In this document: one piece after another, positions 9,349-19,333 of the stretch
How the letters are laid out: the number at the start of each line of letters is the position of its first letter
Position numbering within the stretch: position 1 is the first letter of the stretch
Source of the DNA: Candidatus Saccharimonadota bacterium
Lineage (GTDB): Bacteria; Patescibacteriota; Saccharimonadia; Saccharimonadales; AQU-01
Length of the DNA: 59,825 bases
Direction of reading: 5' to 3'
NCBI GenBank assembly: GCA_018499905.2
Contig: JAHBAU020000003.1
Coordinates: forward strand, 1-59,825
The notes under the pieces: generated by a model
What the model saw: only the letters and a program-made list of their open reading frames with translations
The model's database searches: none
What the model was told of the DNA's origin: nothing
Position numbers and translations under genes: made by a program

Positions 9349-10330
9349 GAATTTACTGCATTTAGCTAAGGATGTGACATCGGACAACGTGCTGAAAGAG
9401 CCAACTCGTAAAGGCTTTGGCCGCGGACTGTTGGAGGCCGGCAAGCGAGATGCAAACGTAGTTGCCGCCTGTGCCGATTTAACTGATTCAACACAGATAG
9501 GTTTGTTTGCCAAAGAGTTTCCCAGCCGCTTTATCCAGATTGGCATAGCCGAGCAAAACCTCGTCACGGTCGGTGCTGGCCTGGCTGCAATGGGTAAAAT
9601 TCCATTTGTAAGTAGTTACGCGGCGTTTAGTCCTGGCCGTAACTGGGAGCAAATACGCACAACTATCTGTCTCAACGAACGACCAGTTAGAATTGTCGGT
9701 TCGCATGCCGGACTTTATACCGGCGCTGATGGGGCCACACACCAAATGCTTGAGGACATCGCCCTCATGCGAGTTTTGCCGCATATGGTGGTTGTGGTGC
9801 CAGGCGATAGCCTAGAAGCCGAGCGTGCAACACTAGCTTTGGCCGCCGACTCACGGCCAGCGTATCTTCGACTGGCGCGCGAAGCTACTCCGGTGTTAAC
9901 GACCGAAAAAACACCGTTTGAAATCGGTAAGGCGTATGTGTACGAGCCCGGAGAAGACCTGACAATTATTAGCACAGGAACGATGACGTCTGTGGCGCTC
10001 AAGGCCGCCGAGCGATTATTCAAAGAAGGTATTTCAGCCGAGGTTATCCACGTCCCGACCATCAAACCACTCGACACCACCACCATTTTGCATAGTGTCG
10101 AGAAGACGAAAGCGGTGCTGACGATTGAAGAAGGCCAAATTGCTGGTGGGCTTGGTGGTGCGGTCGCCGAATTGTTAGGCGAAGAGCTGCCAGTACCCAT
10201 GAAGCGACTTGGTGTGCAGGATGTTTTTGGTCAGTCTGGTAAACCGGACGAACTACTTGAACATTACGGTCTGACCGATAAGCACCTTATGCTGGCTGCA
10301 ATTGAATTAATGACACGGAAGGGGAAGTAG
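9341..10330 (+). CDS. Transketolase, C-terminal subunit
   Basis: GIAEQN, DGATHQ, TIKPLD motifs. Confidence 0.95.
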   Translation: MNKNLLHLAKDVTSDNVLKEPTRKGFGRGLLEAGKRDANVVAACADLTDSTQIGLFAKEFPSRFIQIGIAEQNLVTVGAGLAAMGKIPFVSSYAAFSPGRNWEQIRTTICLNERPVRIVGSHAGLYTGADGATHQMLEDIALMRVLPHMVVVVPGDSLEAERATLALAADSRPAYLRLAREATPVLTTEKTPFEIGKAYVYEPGEDLTIISTGTMTSVALKAAERLFKEGISAEVIHVPTIKPLDTTTILHSVEKTKAVLTIEEGQIAGGLGGAVAELLGEELPVPMKRLGVQDVFGQSGKPDELLEHYGLTDKHLMLAAIELMTRKGK

Positions 10331-11296
10331 ATGGCTTTAACACTTGATGAGATGCGAGCGAACTGTGCAGCCGCCAGGGCAGCTATGCAACGCGCGCGCG
10401 ACAATCACTTCGCTTTCGGTGCCTTTAATTTAGACAACCAAGAAACGTTGATTGCGGTGGTACGTGCTGCTAAAGCCAAGAATGCACCGGTTATCGTCCA
10501 AGCCAGCAAGGGCGAAGTGGACGCAATGGGCCTCGACAATATCCGTGACCTCGTTGATAACTACAAACACGACATTGGTGTTGAAATGTACATTAACCTA
10601 GATCACTCGCCATCGGTCGAGGATGCGATTGCCGGTATTGAAGCCGGGTTTGAAATGATCCACATCGATATCTCTCAAGCCAATCACGAAGCCACAGAAG
10701 AAGAGATTGTCGACATGACCAAGCGTGTGGTGGAGGCCGCCAAAAAAACTGGCGCCATGGTTGAAAGCGAACCGCACTATTTTGGCGGCGGGTCGAATGT
10801 ATTTGATAAAGCCTTTGATTATGAAGAAGTCAAAAAAACCTTTTCAACTCCCGAAAGCGCCAGGCGCTTTGTCGACGCAACCGGCATTGATACCTTTGCC
10901 GCCGCCGTCGGCAACCTGCACGGCAGTTATCCTGTCCCCAAAATGCTCGATTTAAACTTACTCCAAGAGATTCGTTCGGCCATTGAGTGCAATATTAGCT
11001 TGCATGGCGGCAGCGGTACCCCTGGGCATTACTTTGTGGAGGCAGTCAAGATTGGGGTGACCAAAGTCAATATTAACTCTGACATGCGCAAAGCCTATCG
11101 CACAACCCTAGAAAAAGCCCTCAAGGATAACCCGACTGAATACGCTGTTGTGAAGCTTATGGACCAAGTCATCGCTGCTGTCCAAGCGGTTGTTGAGAGT
11201 AAGATTGATATGTTCAACGCCGCCGGCCAATCGTTAGCGAGTGGTGGGTCCAACATAGAGGAGCATCATGAAGCTAATCAAGAGGATTTCAATTAG
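10331..11296 (+). CDS. fba: Class II fructose-bisphosphate aldolase
   Basis: LDHS, GNLHG, LHGGSG, KVNINSD. Confidence 0.93.
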   Translation: MALTLDEMRANCAAARAAMQRARDNHFAFGAFNLDNQETLIAVVRAAKAKNAPVIVQASKGEVDAMGLDNIRDLVDNYKHDIGVEMYINLDHSPSVEDAIAGIEAGFEMIHIDISQANHEATEEEIVDMTKRVVEAAKKTGAMVESEPHYFGGGSNVFDKAFDYEEVKKTFSTPESARRFVDATGIDTFAAAVGNLHGSYPVPKMLDLNLLQEIRSAIECNISLHGGSGTPGHYFVEAVKIGVTKVNINSDMRKAYRTTLEKALKDNPTEYAVVKLMDQVIAAVQAVVESKIDMFNAAGQSLASGGSNIEEHHEANQEDFN

Positions 11297-11360
11297 TTTG
11301 CTCAACCGGCAGTCTCTGTGGCACAATAATGCTAATGCATAAACAAAGGGTGGATTCAAA

Positions 11361-12374
11361 ATGAGCGCCGGTGATTCTCAGCTAGATGTTTTGGCAATCG
11401 GTGATGTCGTTATCGATGATTTTATTAAACTGCTAGATGACCGCGCCCAAACCTACGAAAACGAACAAGGCAAATGGCTGGCTATGCCGTTTGCAACCAA
11501 AATTCCCTTTGATCATTCAGAAGTTGTTCCCGGCGTCGGTAACGCCGCCAATGCGGCCGTAAGTTTCGCCAAATTGGGGTTAAAAAGTGGCCTGATCTCT
11601 AACATTGGTAGTGACGATCATGGACGATCAGTTATTGCTGCCCTCCACAAGAAAAAAGTTGATACCAGATTTATCCGCGTTCACCACAAAAAAGTCACCA
11701 ACTACCACTATGTGCTGTGGTACAAAGAAGAACGCACCATTCTGATTAAGCACGAAGAATATGATTACGATTGGCCAAAGTTTACGCCAAGTGATATCCC
11801 ACGCTGGGTTTACTTCAGTTCCATCAGTAAGAACGCGCTTGATCACTATCATGATATGGTGGCTGATTGGCTCAAGGATAATCCTTCTGTTAAGCTTGCG
11901 CTCCAGCCTGGCACGTTCCAGCTAGAAGCCGGTGCTGAACGGCTCAAAGAGCTGTACCAGCAAACCGAGGTGTTAGCCGTCAATCGAGAAGAAGCTGCTT
12001 ATATTTGCGGTGGTAACCGTGACGATATGCATGATTTGTTTAACCGACTGCACGGTCTTGGCCCTAAGACGGTTGTTATTACTGATGGTCCGGCCGGCGC
12101 ATTTGCTTCTGATGGCCAAAATCGTTTCCGCATGCCGCCATATCCAGATCCGGCGCCACCATTTGAACGTACTGGTGCCGGTGATTCGTTTGCAAGTTGC
12201 TTTGTAGCTGCTCTGGCCAAAGGTAACACCATCGAGGGAGCGTTACAGTGGGCACCGATTAATTCCATGAGTGTCGTCCAAAAAACCGGAGCCCAGGCTG
12301 GTCTACTGACCGAAGCTGAAATTGAAGATTTCTTAGAAAAAGCGCCTGAGTGGTATAAGCCCGAGCGAATCTAG
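11361..12374 (+). CDS. PfkB/ribokinase-family carbohydrate kinase
   Basis: GNAANAAVSFAKLG, NREEA, TGAGDSF. Confidence 0.92.
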   Translation: MSAGDSQLDVLAIGDVVIDDFIKLLDDRAQTYENEQGKWLAMPFATKIPFDHSEVVPGVGNAANAAVSFAKLGLKSGLISNIGSDDHGRSVIAALHKKKVDTRFIRVHHKKVTNYHYVLWYKEERTILIKHEEYDYDWPKFTPSDIPRWVYFSSISKNALDHYHDMVADWLKDNPSVKLALQPGTFQLEAGAERLKELYQQTEVLAVNREEAAYICGGNRDDMHDLFNRLHGLGPKTVVITDGPAGAFASDGQNRFRMPPYPDPAPPFERTGAGDSFASCFVAALAKGNTIEGALQWAPINSMSVVQKTGAQAGLLTEAEIEDFLEKAPEWYKPERI

Positions 12375-12444
12375 CTCGTTTACGCTCTGTGCCTCGTAAA
12401 AATCATAGCGCCTATAAGACGCTTGTGCTAATCTAAAGGACAGA

Positions 12445-13704
12445 ATGACGAGGTATTTAAGAGAGCTGTTGGCTGCTAAAGAGCCGGCCTTTAGCCAGGC
12501 TATTCACGAATTTGAGTCGGCAACCGGCAACAAAGGTGTTGATATTGGTTTAAGTACCGAGATTGAGCAACAAACACAGGCGATATTGCGACACCTTGGC
12601 CTTGATCAGCGTGACAGTACACCGCAAGAGGTTTACCATGCCTTGCAGGCCTTGACCAAAAAGCACGATGAGTTTATTCAAAATATCACCGGTCGGCCTA
12701 ACCTGGCTGATCCACAAGAGTTAGCTATGGTTTTGGGCGAGGTCTTCTACCATCTAGACACTGATCGTCAGGTTTGGGCGGTAAAACCCTCGGTTATGCG
12801 CCGCCTGCTCAAAGCCAACCCGCCACGAGTGGTTATGAAAAAGCTTGGTTACCGCTCGGCTGATTCCATGATTAAACGAGAAAGTGTCGCTGAACTACTC
12901 CTTGGCGCGCGGATGCTGGAATCTGCTGCCTGGATGACTCGATTACTCAAGTCGTACAAAAAACTTTCGTCAAGTGATTTTGAATCGAGGGCCATTCAGA
13001 TTGTGGCTATGCGGCCGGAGCGCTGGCAGGGTGTCGAGCAGCAGTTCATGCAGCAAAAGCACCACACCATCATGCACAGCAAAGAATTGGGCGCCATTGG
13101 CGTTCTGTCACTACAAGGCAAGATACGGGCTGGCAGTACTATCATGACGTATTTGCTGGCTTTTCATTATCTGAACGAGATCAAGAGCTACAGCTCATTC
13201 TTTAAGCTCAAGCAGGTAGATAGCGCCTTTGGGGAGCTGGTGTCTCGCACACTAATGCATGATCCGTCAGACGCTGCCGATGTATTAGGCCGACCGGTGC
13301 ACTGGAAGTCATTACGCCGCCATTTTGCCCGCCAGGGTGGTGGTGTACCCGAAGCTTTTCAGCCGCATGTCAGCGATGAAGATGTCGCCTGGACTGCTGC
13401 CGAGGATGCCTTGTATCGTTTAGAACCGGCACTGAAGTTCTGGCAGGGGCTAGAGTATGTGGGCTTAGATGCCGACCGCCCCGTGTCGTTTAACTTGCTG
13501 GATAATACGGTCAGTCTGGTGAACGGCGTGGAGTTTGGCCAGCAGGCGACCTCACACATGCAAGCCGCGCTTGGCAACGAGCTTTTGAGTCGCTATTTGT
13601 CCCATAAACAATTGTCCGATCATGTCATTCAACAACTGGAGCCGGCTGGCTCAGATCTAGCCGACCTATCATTTATAGAAGGAGGAATTATTGATGAATT
13701 ATAG
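12445..13704 (+). CDS. Hypothetical protein (419 aa)
   Basis: Long ORF in operon orientation with host-like composition; no motif recognised. Confidence 0.8.
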   Translation: MTRYLRELLAAKEPAFSQAIHEFESATGNKGVDIGLSTEIEQQTQAILRHLGLDQRDSTPQEVYHALQALTKKHDEFIQNITGRPNLADPQELAMVLGEVFYHLDTDRQVWAVKPSVMRRLLKANPPRVVMKKLGYRSADSMIKRESVAELLLGARMLESAAWMTRLLKSYKKLSSSDFESRAIQIVAMRPERWQGVEQQFMQQKHHTIMHSKELGAIGVLSLQGKIRAGSTIMTYLLAFHYLNEIKSYSSFFKLKQVDSAFGELVSRTLMHDPSDAADVLGRPVHWKSLRRHFARQGGGVPEAFQPHVSDEDVAWTAAEDALYRLEPALKFWQGLEYVGLDADRPVSFNLLDNTVSLVNGVEFGQQATSHMQAALGNELLSRYLSHKQLSDHVIQQLEPAGSDLADLSFIEGGIIDEL

Positions 13705-14302
13705 TATTTGCGTGTCCGGTGCGGCGGCTGGGAAAACAGTTGATGGTGCCAGGGACCTTGCCGAACGGGTCGGTGCTGCCATAGCTAAAAGCGGGCACAC
13801 CATTACCACTGGTGCAACGGTTGGTTTATCATTTTATGCAGCCAAGGCTGCTAAGGACGCCGGCGGAACCAGCATCGGTTTTTCGCCTGCCAACTCTTTA
13901 CGAGAGCACATGCACAAGTATCGCTTGCCAATTGGTGTCTATGATTTTGTGAACTTTACAGGAATGCAGTATGTTGGGCGGGACGTGCATTTAGTGCAGT
14001 CCAGCGACGCGGTGATTACTGTGGGGGGCCGGTTCGGCAGCCTGCATGAGTTTACAACCGCTTTTGAGATGGGCCGTCCGTGCGGCATTTTAGTCGGTAG
14101 CGGCGGCACCGCTGACCTTATTCCTGAGCTGTTAGAGCGCATTAAAGAACGACCAAAAGGTCACATCATCATTGATGAAAACCCCGAAAACCTTGTCAAA
14201 AAGGTTGTAGCTTTTCTCGACGAAGAATTTGCTGATATCGACACCGAAGATTACATCAACCAATGGTTCTTAAAAGCCTCAAAAGGTAGCCATACTGGCT
14301 AA
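13694..14302 (+). CDS. LOG/SLOG family nucleotide-binding protein
   Basis: TGATVG, GFSP, RDVHLVQSSDAVITVGGRFGSLHEF; GGAGG SD at 13681 supports ATG 13694. Confidence 0.85.
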   Translation: MNYSICVSGAAAGKTVDGARDLAERVGAAIAKSGHTITTGATVGLSFYAAKAAKDAGGTSIGFSPANSLREHMHKYRLPIGVYDFVNFTGMQYVGRDVHLVQSSDAVITVGGRFGSLHEFTTAFEMGRPCGILVGSGGTADLIPELLERIKERPKGHIIIDENPENLVKKVVAFLDEEFADIDTEDYINQWFLKASKGSHTG

Positions 14303-14344
14303 AGTGTGGGTTAGGCGAGGCGAGAACTGCTACAATAGAACGTT

Positions 14345-16309
14345 ATGAGCAAGTTCGAACTAAAGAGCGACTACAAGCCAACTGGTGATCAACCGGCGGC
14401 TATTGAGGCCCTGACAAAGGGCTTGCAGGCTGGACAGAAAGAACAGGTGCTCCTGGGGGTGACCGGGTCGGGCAAAACCTTTACTATGGCCAACATTATC
14501 CAAAGAGTTAATCGGCCAACCCTAGTTCTCAGCCACAACAAAACCCTGGCAGCCCAGCTATACGGCGAATTCAAAAAATTCTTTCCTAATAACGCTGTGC
14601 ACTATTTTGTCAGCTACTTTGATTACTATCAGCCCGAAGCCTATATTCCGCGCAGCGATACTTATATTGAAAAAGATTCGCAGATCAATGAAGAGATTGA
14701 CCGTTTGCGCCACGCCGCGACCGATGCGCTACTCAGTCGTCGAGATGTGATTATTGTTGCCAGTGTCAGCTGTATTTATGGTATTGGTTCAGTTGAAGAT
14801 TATGACAGTATGGCAGTTGTCATCACTGCCGGCGAGCGCCGGGTACGCGATAAAATGCTCCGGCAGTTGACCGATATTCAATACACTCGTAATGACATTG
14901 ATTTTTCGCGCGGGACATTCCGGGTTAAGGGCGATGTGGTTGATATTTTCCCGGCCGGTGAAGAAGTCGCTTATAGAGTAGAGCTGTTCGGTGACGAGGT
15001 CGAGCGTATCACGCGCATTGACCCGCTGACTGGCGAAATTCTGGCGGACCTACCAAGTCTCAAGGTCTTCCCGAGCTCGCACTACGTCACACCAGAAGCC
15101 AAGCTCAAAGTTGCATTGGGGCAGATTCAGCAAGAGATGGAAGAGCGATTGGCGTATTTCAAGAAGAACAACTTGCTTCTAGAGGCGCAGCGGATTCAGC
15201 AGCGGACACAATTTGACCTGGAGATGCTGGAAGAAACCGGTTTTGTGAAGGGCATTGAAAACTACAGTCGGTATTTAACGAATCGTGAGCCAGGTGAGCA
15301 GCCGGCGACGCTGCTTGATTATTTCCCGGATGACTACCTGATGTTTATTGACGAATCGCATATGACGGTGCCGCAAATCCGCGGTATGTATAACGGCGAC
15401 CGGGCGCGTAAAGAGGTGCTCGTCGAACACGGGTTTCGGCTGCCCAGCGCCTTGGATAATCGCCCACTAACTTTTATAGAGTTTGAGAAACACGTCAATC
15501 AAACCATTTATGTCAGTGCAACGCCTGCCGAATATGAGCTGAGTCGCTCGCCGGAGCCAGTCCAGCAGGTCATTCGACCAACCGGGCTGATTGACCCACA
15601 TATTGACGTTCGGCCGGTCGACGGGCAAGTTGACGATCTTATTGCCGAAATCCGAAAAACGACCGCCAAGCGGCAGCGGGTGCTAGTGACAACTTTGACC
15701 AAGCGAATGTCCGAAGATCTGACCGATTATCTCAAAGACATCAATATTAAAGTTGCCTATCTACACAGTGATGTTGAAACGCTCGAACGGAGCGATATTC
15801 TGCGCGATCTGCGGCTGGGTACCTACGACGTATTGATTGGTATCAACCTCTTGAGAGAGGGTCTGGACTTGCCGGAAGTTAGCCTAGTTGCCATTCTCGA
15901 TGCCGACAAAGAAGGATTTTTACGAAGTGAACAAGCGTTGGTGCAGACTATCGGCCGGGCGGCGCGTCATCAAGAAGGCCGGGTGATTATGTATGCCGAC
16001 AATATTACTGGCGGTATGAAGCGAGCGATGGATGAGACGAATCGCCGCCGTGCTATTCAGGAGGCTTACAATAAAGAGCATGGCATCACGCCCCAGGGCA
16101 TCAGCAAGTCAATCGAGAAGGGCATGCGACCGGATTTGCCTGAAGAAGCCAAGCGTGCCAAATTGGACCTCAAGAAAATTCCAAAAGACGAATACAAGCA
16201 CCTCATTAAAGATTTAACTGCGCAAATGGATCTAGCAGCCGCCAATCTGCAATTTGAAACCGCCGCCGAACTAAGGGATATTATTTCCGATATTAAATCC
16301 AAGCTGTAA
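14345..16309 (+). CDS. uvrB: Excinuclease ABC subunit B
   Basis: [25 protein letters not shown]-terminal UVR domain. Confidence 0.98.
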   Translation: MSKFELKSDYKPTGDQPAAIEALTKGLQAGQKEQVLLGVTGSGKTFTMANIIQRVNRPTLVLSHNKTLAAQLYGEFKKFFPNNAVHYFVSYFDYYQPEAYIPRSDTYIEKDSQINEEIDRLRHAATDALLSRRDVIIVASVSCIYGIGSVEDYDSMAVVITAGERRVRDKMLRQLTDIQYTRNDIDFSRGTFRVKGDVVDIFPAGEEVAYRVELFGDEVERITRIDPLTGEILADLPSLKVFPSSHYVTPEAKLKVALGQIQQEMEERLAYFKKNNLLLEAQRIQQRTQFDLEMLEETGFVKGIENYSRYLTNREPGEQPATLLDYFPDDYLMFIDESHMTVPQIRGMYNGDRARKEVLVEHGFRLPSALDNRPLTFIEFEKHVNQTIYVSATPAEYELSRSPEPVQQVIRPTGLIDPHIDVRPVDGQVDDLIAEIRKTTAKRQRVLVTTLTKRMSEDLTDYLKDINIKVAYLHSDVETLERSDILRDLRLGTYDVLIGINLLREGLDLPEVSLVAILDADKEGFLRSEQALVQTIGRAARHQEGRVIMYADNITGGMKRAMDETNRRRAIQEAYNKEHGITPQGISKSIEKGMRPDLPEEAKRAKLDLKKIPKDEYKHLIKDLTAQMDLAAANLQFETAAELRDIISDIKSKL

Positions 16310-16369
16310 GTAATCTCGTGAAATATATGACTTTTCACAGGGCGACAAAGTGCTTGGTATACTTGGGTT

Positions 16370-16780
16370 ATGATACATGCTTTGGTTGGGAGTCTACTAT
16401 TGGCTTGTGTGGGCATTGCTATTGAAGTGGTGCTGACTGGTTTGGTTCGCTTTAGAAAGAAGCATGATACTTCGCTTGAGGGCTATAGCTATATATGGAT
16501 GATTCCTATTTATGCTTTGTCTTGGCCAATCTTGAGTGTGCTGTACCCGCGACTTAGTACATTGAACATCATCTTGCGAGGCACGATGTACGTATTTATT
16601 CTTTTCGTCGTTGAGTACGCGGCAGGGTGGTTACTTAGAGGTGCTCTTGGTGAGTGTCCTTGGGAAAAGCAATATAAGGGCAAAAAATGGGCGGTGAATA
16701 GTTTGGTTCGACTAGATTATGCGCCGGGATGGCTGGTAGTGGCACTGGTATTTGAGCAGCTGTACCTTGCCTTAAGATAA
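16370..16780 (+). CDS. Small four-TM membrane protein (CmpB/DUF1113 ABC-permease-like)
   Basis: GYSYIWMIPIY, VEYAAGWLL, CPW..Y motifs. Confidence 0.7.
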   Translation: MIHALVGSLLLACVGIAIEVVLTGLVRFRKKHDTSLEGYSYIWMIPIYALSWPILSVLYPRLSTLNIILRGTMYVFILFVVEYAAGWLLRGALGECPWEKQYKGKKWAVNSLVRLDYAPGWLVVALVFEQLYLALR

Positions 16781-16827
16781 AAGTGAGCTTAGATTGAAAA
16801 ATATATAGAAAATGCTATAATATATAT

Positions 16828-17457
16828 ATGAAGTTGAAACATGTGGCCGCTAGCGCTGCTGCGATACTGCCTTTGGCGGCTTGTGGCGGTGAGGCGGAGC
16901 CGGTTCAGCAGGATGGTGCTGTTGTGACGCGGCTGGAATGGGTGTCTTTTGCCCATGTCGAGCGCACAACAACGTATACCGAGTTTGGATACTGTGACCC
17001 AGAAGTTCTGTTTCCTGATGATGAAAACGACTCGAGCTATCGTGATGCCCAGTGCACTGTTCCCATTGGTGCATACGCTATACAGCTAGCTGAAGCCGGT
17101 GAGGGTGATACCTATATGTGGCAATACAATATTGACGAGCTTGAGGTGTTCGATGACTGTGCAAAAAATAGTCGAGATCTCAAGGTACATGACACCGACC
17201 AAGCAACTGATAGGGTTCCGGTAGAATTCTGCAGCGACTTTGCGGGTGCGCAAGAGTTGCCAGGAGCCAAAATTGTCTACGACGCCGTGAACTACTACAT
17301 AAACTTCTCACATACCGATGGCGATATTTTTGTCGGCGCTAGTCGAAGTCAATGGCAGAATATCCCAGTTGGGGGGCCGCTAGAAATTGTTATTACGGCT
17401 AATAATGATCTGGTGTGTTACGCTCCCCTTGGTTCGGGCGAGTGCCTTTATGACTGA
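16828..17457 (+). CDS. Orphan putative lipoprotein
   Basis: Signal peptide ending LAAC-GG lipobox; acidic, Cys-containing mature part; TGCTATAAT 6 nt upstream. Confidence 0.7.
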   Translation: MKLKHVAASAAAILPLAACGGEAEPVQQDGAVVTRLEWVSFAHVERTTTYTEFGYCDPEVLFPDDENDSSYRDAQCTVPIGAYAIQLAEAGEGDTYMWQYNIDELEVFDDCAKNSRDLKVHDTDQATDRVPVEFCSDFAGAQELPGAKIVYDAVNYYINFSHTDGDIFVGASRSQWQNIPVGGPLEIVITANNDLVCYAPLGSGECLYD

Positions 17458-17780
17458 CGTTTTTTGTCGATGACGTGGGCGGCGCCGACGGCGAGTAGTA
17501 CGGCTGCGCCAACAAAACCGCCGACAGTGGCAATTCTTTTGCCGTGCTTGTGTAAAAAGTTGAGTCCTGTTTCTGGGTCGTGCTCAACCCCATCCGCACT
17601 ATCTGGAGTAATCAAATGCCTGTTGCCCTCACTGTCGGTAAGGGGGTACACAAATCCACTGAGCGACGGATCTTGCAACTGGTTAGTTAAATGAGGCGCA
17701 AACATATGTGACCCGACACTTTCATGCGGCACCTCACCCCCCATGTATACATCACTAGCATCTGGTTCATTTTGGCGCAT
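17448..17780 (-). CDS. Orphan protein with C-terminal TM anchor and basic tail
   Basis: ORF 17448..17792; start probably ATG 17780 behind TATAAT; C-terminal hydrophobic helix then KKRQS. Confidence 0.6.
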   Translation of the reverse strand: MRQNEPDASDVYMGGEVPHESVGSHMFAPHLTNQLQDPSLSGFVYPLTDSEGNRHLITPDSADGVEHDPETGLNFLHKHGKRIATVGGFVGAAVLLAVGAAHVIDKKRQS

Positions 17781-17854
17781 ACGTGAGTACATTATAGTGG
17801 AAAAATAATGGCTAAGAACTAGTTAAAAGGATCTGGGAAGCTTAGGCGGAAGAT

Positions 17855-18853
17855 TTAGAAAGCGGTTTTCGTGTAAACCCGAGTTTGCATCTCTACATCT
17901 TCATCTGGCGTCCCCATCATCCTGCTGTAATCATGATGATGAGGTTGATGGTGTGTAAATTCATTTAGCGGGACAAACCCGGCGGCCTCGGCAATCTCGG
18001 CAATGGCCGATGCTCCCAAGTTATTATCAGATGTGCGCACAAGACCACGAGTGACCAGAATCCCTCGAGTCTTGAGTAATGGAAAAGCATTTTCCAAGCC
18101 CAATTCGACATCCTGGCGAGACATATGTTGCTCATTTAGAAGCAGTACAACATCAGCGATATCAACGGGGGCATCATGGGAAATTTGTGTGTCAACCATC
18201 TCTCTTGTAGTGTTTGCTGCTCCATCTTCTCTACCAAGGTATAGTCCTCTATCTAAAGCCAATTGTTTAGCTCCTGGACCAAGTAGCCGGTCATACTCTT
18301 CAAGGGCTATCTGATTTGCAAAATGTGTTCTAAAAACTGGAATATAAGTAAATGGGTGCCGCCCTTGACGAACCATGGCGATTTGGTCATTAACTAGACT
18401 CCTGCTACTCAAGCAAGCTCCCAAATCAAGCACGTATTCCGGCTCACGACTGAAGGGTATGGGCTGGTTGTCGACAATAGCATACTCACTATGCAATTCA
18501 GCAACAGATGTACCTGGGAATCCTTCAAACGGGCTTCCTGCTTGTGTAAAGTACTCAGCTAAAAAGCTTTGGTAGGCATATGTTGGGACATTTCTGTCTG
18601 GACCTGTCTCCACTGCAGAAGCTAGCATTTTTTGAGCTAACTCACCGTCGCTATAATTTAAAGCTCCAAAAAGCCTAGCCTCATAATCGTCAACAAAAGG
18701 TTCATGAAACGTGGCTATGTCCCCGTCGGCTAAGCCAGCTATGGACCCGTGTAACAGGTGGCCAAGTAAAGGGTCATCTAGCCGTAAATCGCGTGGGACA
18801 CCTTCAACTCCCACAAAGTCCATTACCTCAGAAATGATTATCGGTTCAGCCAT
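17855..18853 (-). CDS. Orphan protein with divergent class I SAM-methyltransferase-like C-terminal half
   Basis: YVLDLGAC (motif I-like), ADVVLLL, LLKTRGILV (LKPGG-like). Confidence 0.6.
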   Translation of the reverse strand: MAEPIIISEVMDFVGVEGVPRDLRLDDPLLGHLLHGSIAGLADGDIATFHEPFVDDYEARLFGALNYSDGELAQKMLASAVETGPDRNVPTYAYQSFLAEYFTQAGSPFEGFPGTSVAELHSEYAIVDNQPIPFSREPEYVLDLGACLSSRSLVNDQIAMVRQGRHPFTYIPVFRTHFANQIALEEYDRLLGPGAKQLALDRGLYLGREDGAANTTREMVDTQISHDAPVDIADVVLLLNEQHMSRQDVELGLENAFPLLKTRGILVTRGLVRTSDNNLGASAIAEIAEAAGFVPLNEFTHHQPHHHDYSRMMGTPDEDVEMQTRVYTKTAF

Positions 18854-19042
18854 AAAGGGTCTTTCTACAAAAATCTATTATACAACGAAATAAGCATATA
18901 ACAAATATATTAAAACAAAACGATTGTTTATTAAAATGTAATTTACGCTAGTTAAGCATAACTTCTATGACAACTTGTCAAGAAAGTCACAAAATTACTT
19001 CTACACGGGTGCGATTACTTCTGTTATACTAATGAATCAGAT

Positions 19043-19333
19043 ATGGCAAAACTTACACGCGAGGATGTCTTAAAATTGGCCAAATTGGCAAAGCTGGAGC
19101 TTACTCCGGAGGAGATTGACCGGCTTACCAAAGACCTGCCATCAATTTTGGCCTATGTGGAACAGCTTGGCGAAGTCGATACCACTGGCCTTGAACCAAC
19201 CTTACAAGTTACCGGGTTACAGAACGTTAAACGCCCTGATGAAGTTATTGATTATGGCTACCAGCCTGCTGATCTGCTCAAAAATTTGCCTGCGGAACTT
19301 GGCGGCCAAATCAGGACCAAGAGGATCCTATAA
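19043..19333 (+). CDS. gatC: Asp/Glu-tRNA amidotransferase subunit C
   Basis: LAKLAKL..ILAYVEQL.EVDT.GLEPT pattern; precedes gatA. Confidence 0.93.
   Translation: MAKLTREDVLKLAKLAKLELTPEEIDRLTKDLPSILAYVEQLGEVDTTGLEPTLQVTGLQNVKRPDEVIDYGYQPADLLKNLPAELGGQIRTKRIL

Noticed and set aside
8458-10330. Transketolase in two ORFs as a possible frameshifted pseudogene
   Set aside because: Two-subunit transketolases are a well-known form; both halves have intact motifs and a normal 8-nt overlap
14322-14343. GAAC repeats upstream of uvrB as a LexA box
   Set aside because: Spacing (GAAC-N10-GAAC) fits neither the GAAC-N4-GTTC nor the GAAC-N7-GAAC consensus
18961-18990. TGACAACTTGTCA palindrome between the orphan MTase-like gene and gatC
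   Set aside because: Single short palindrome in an AT-rich spacer with no second copy seen; cannot assign a function
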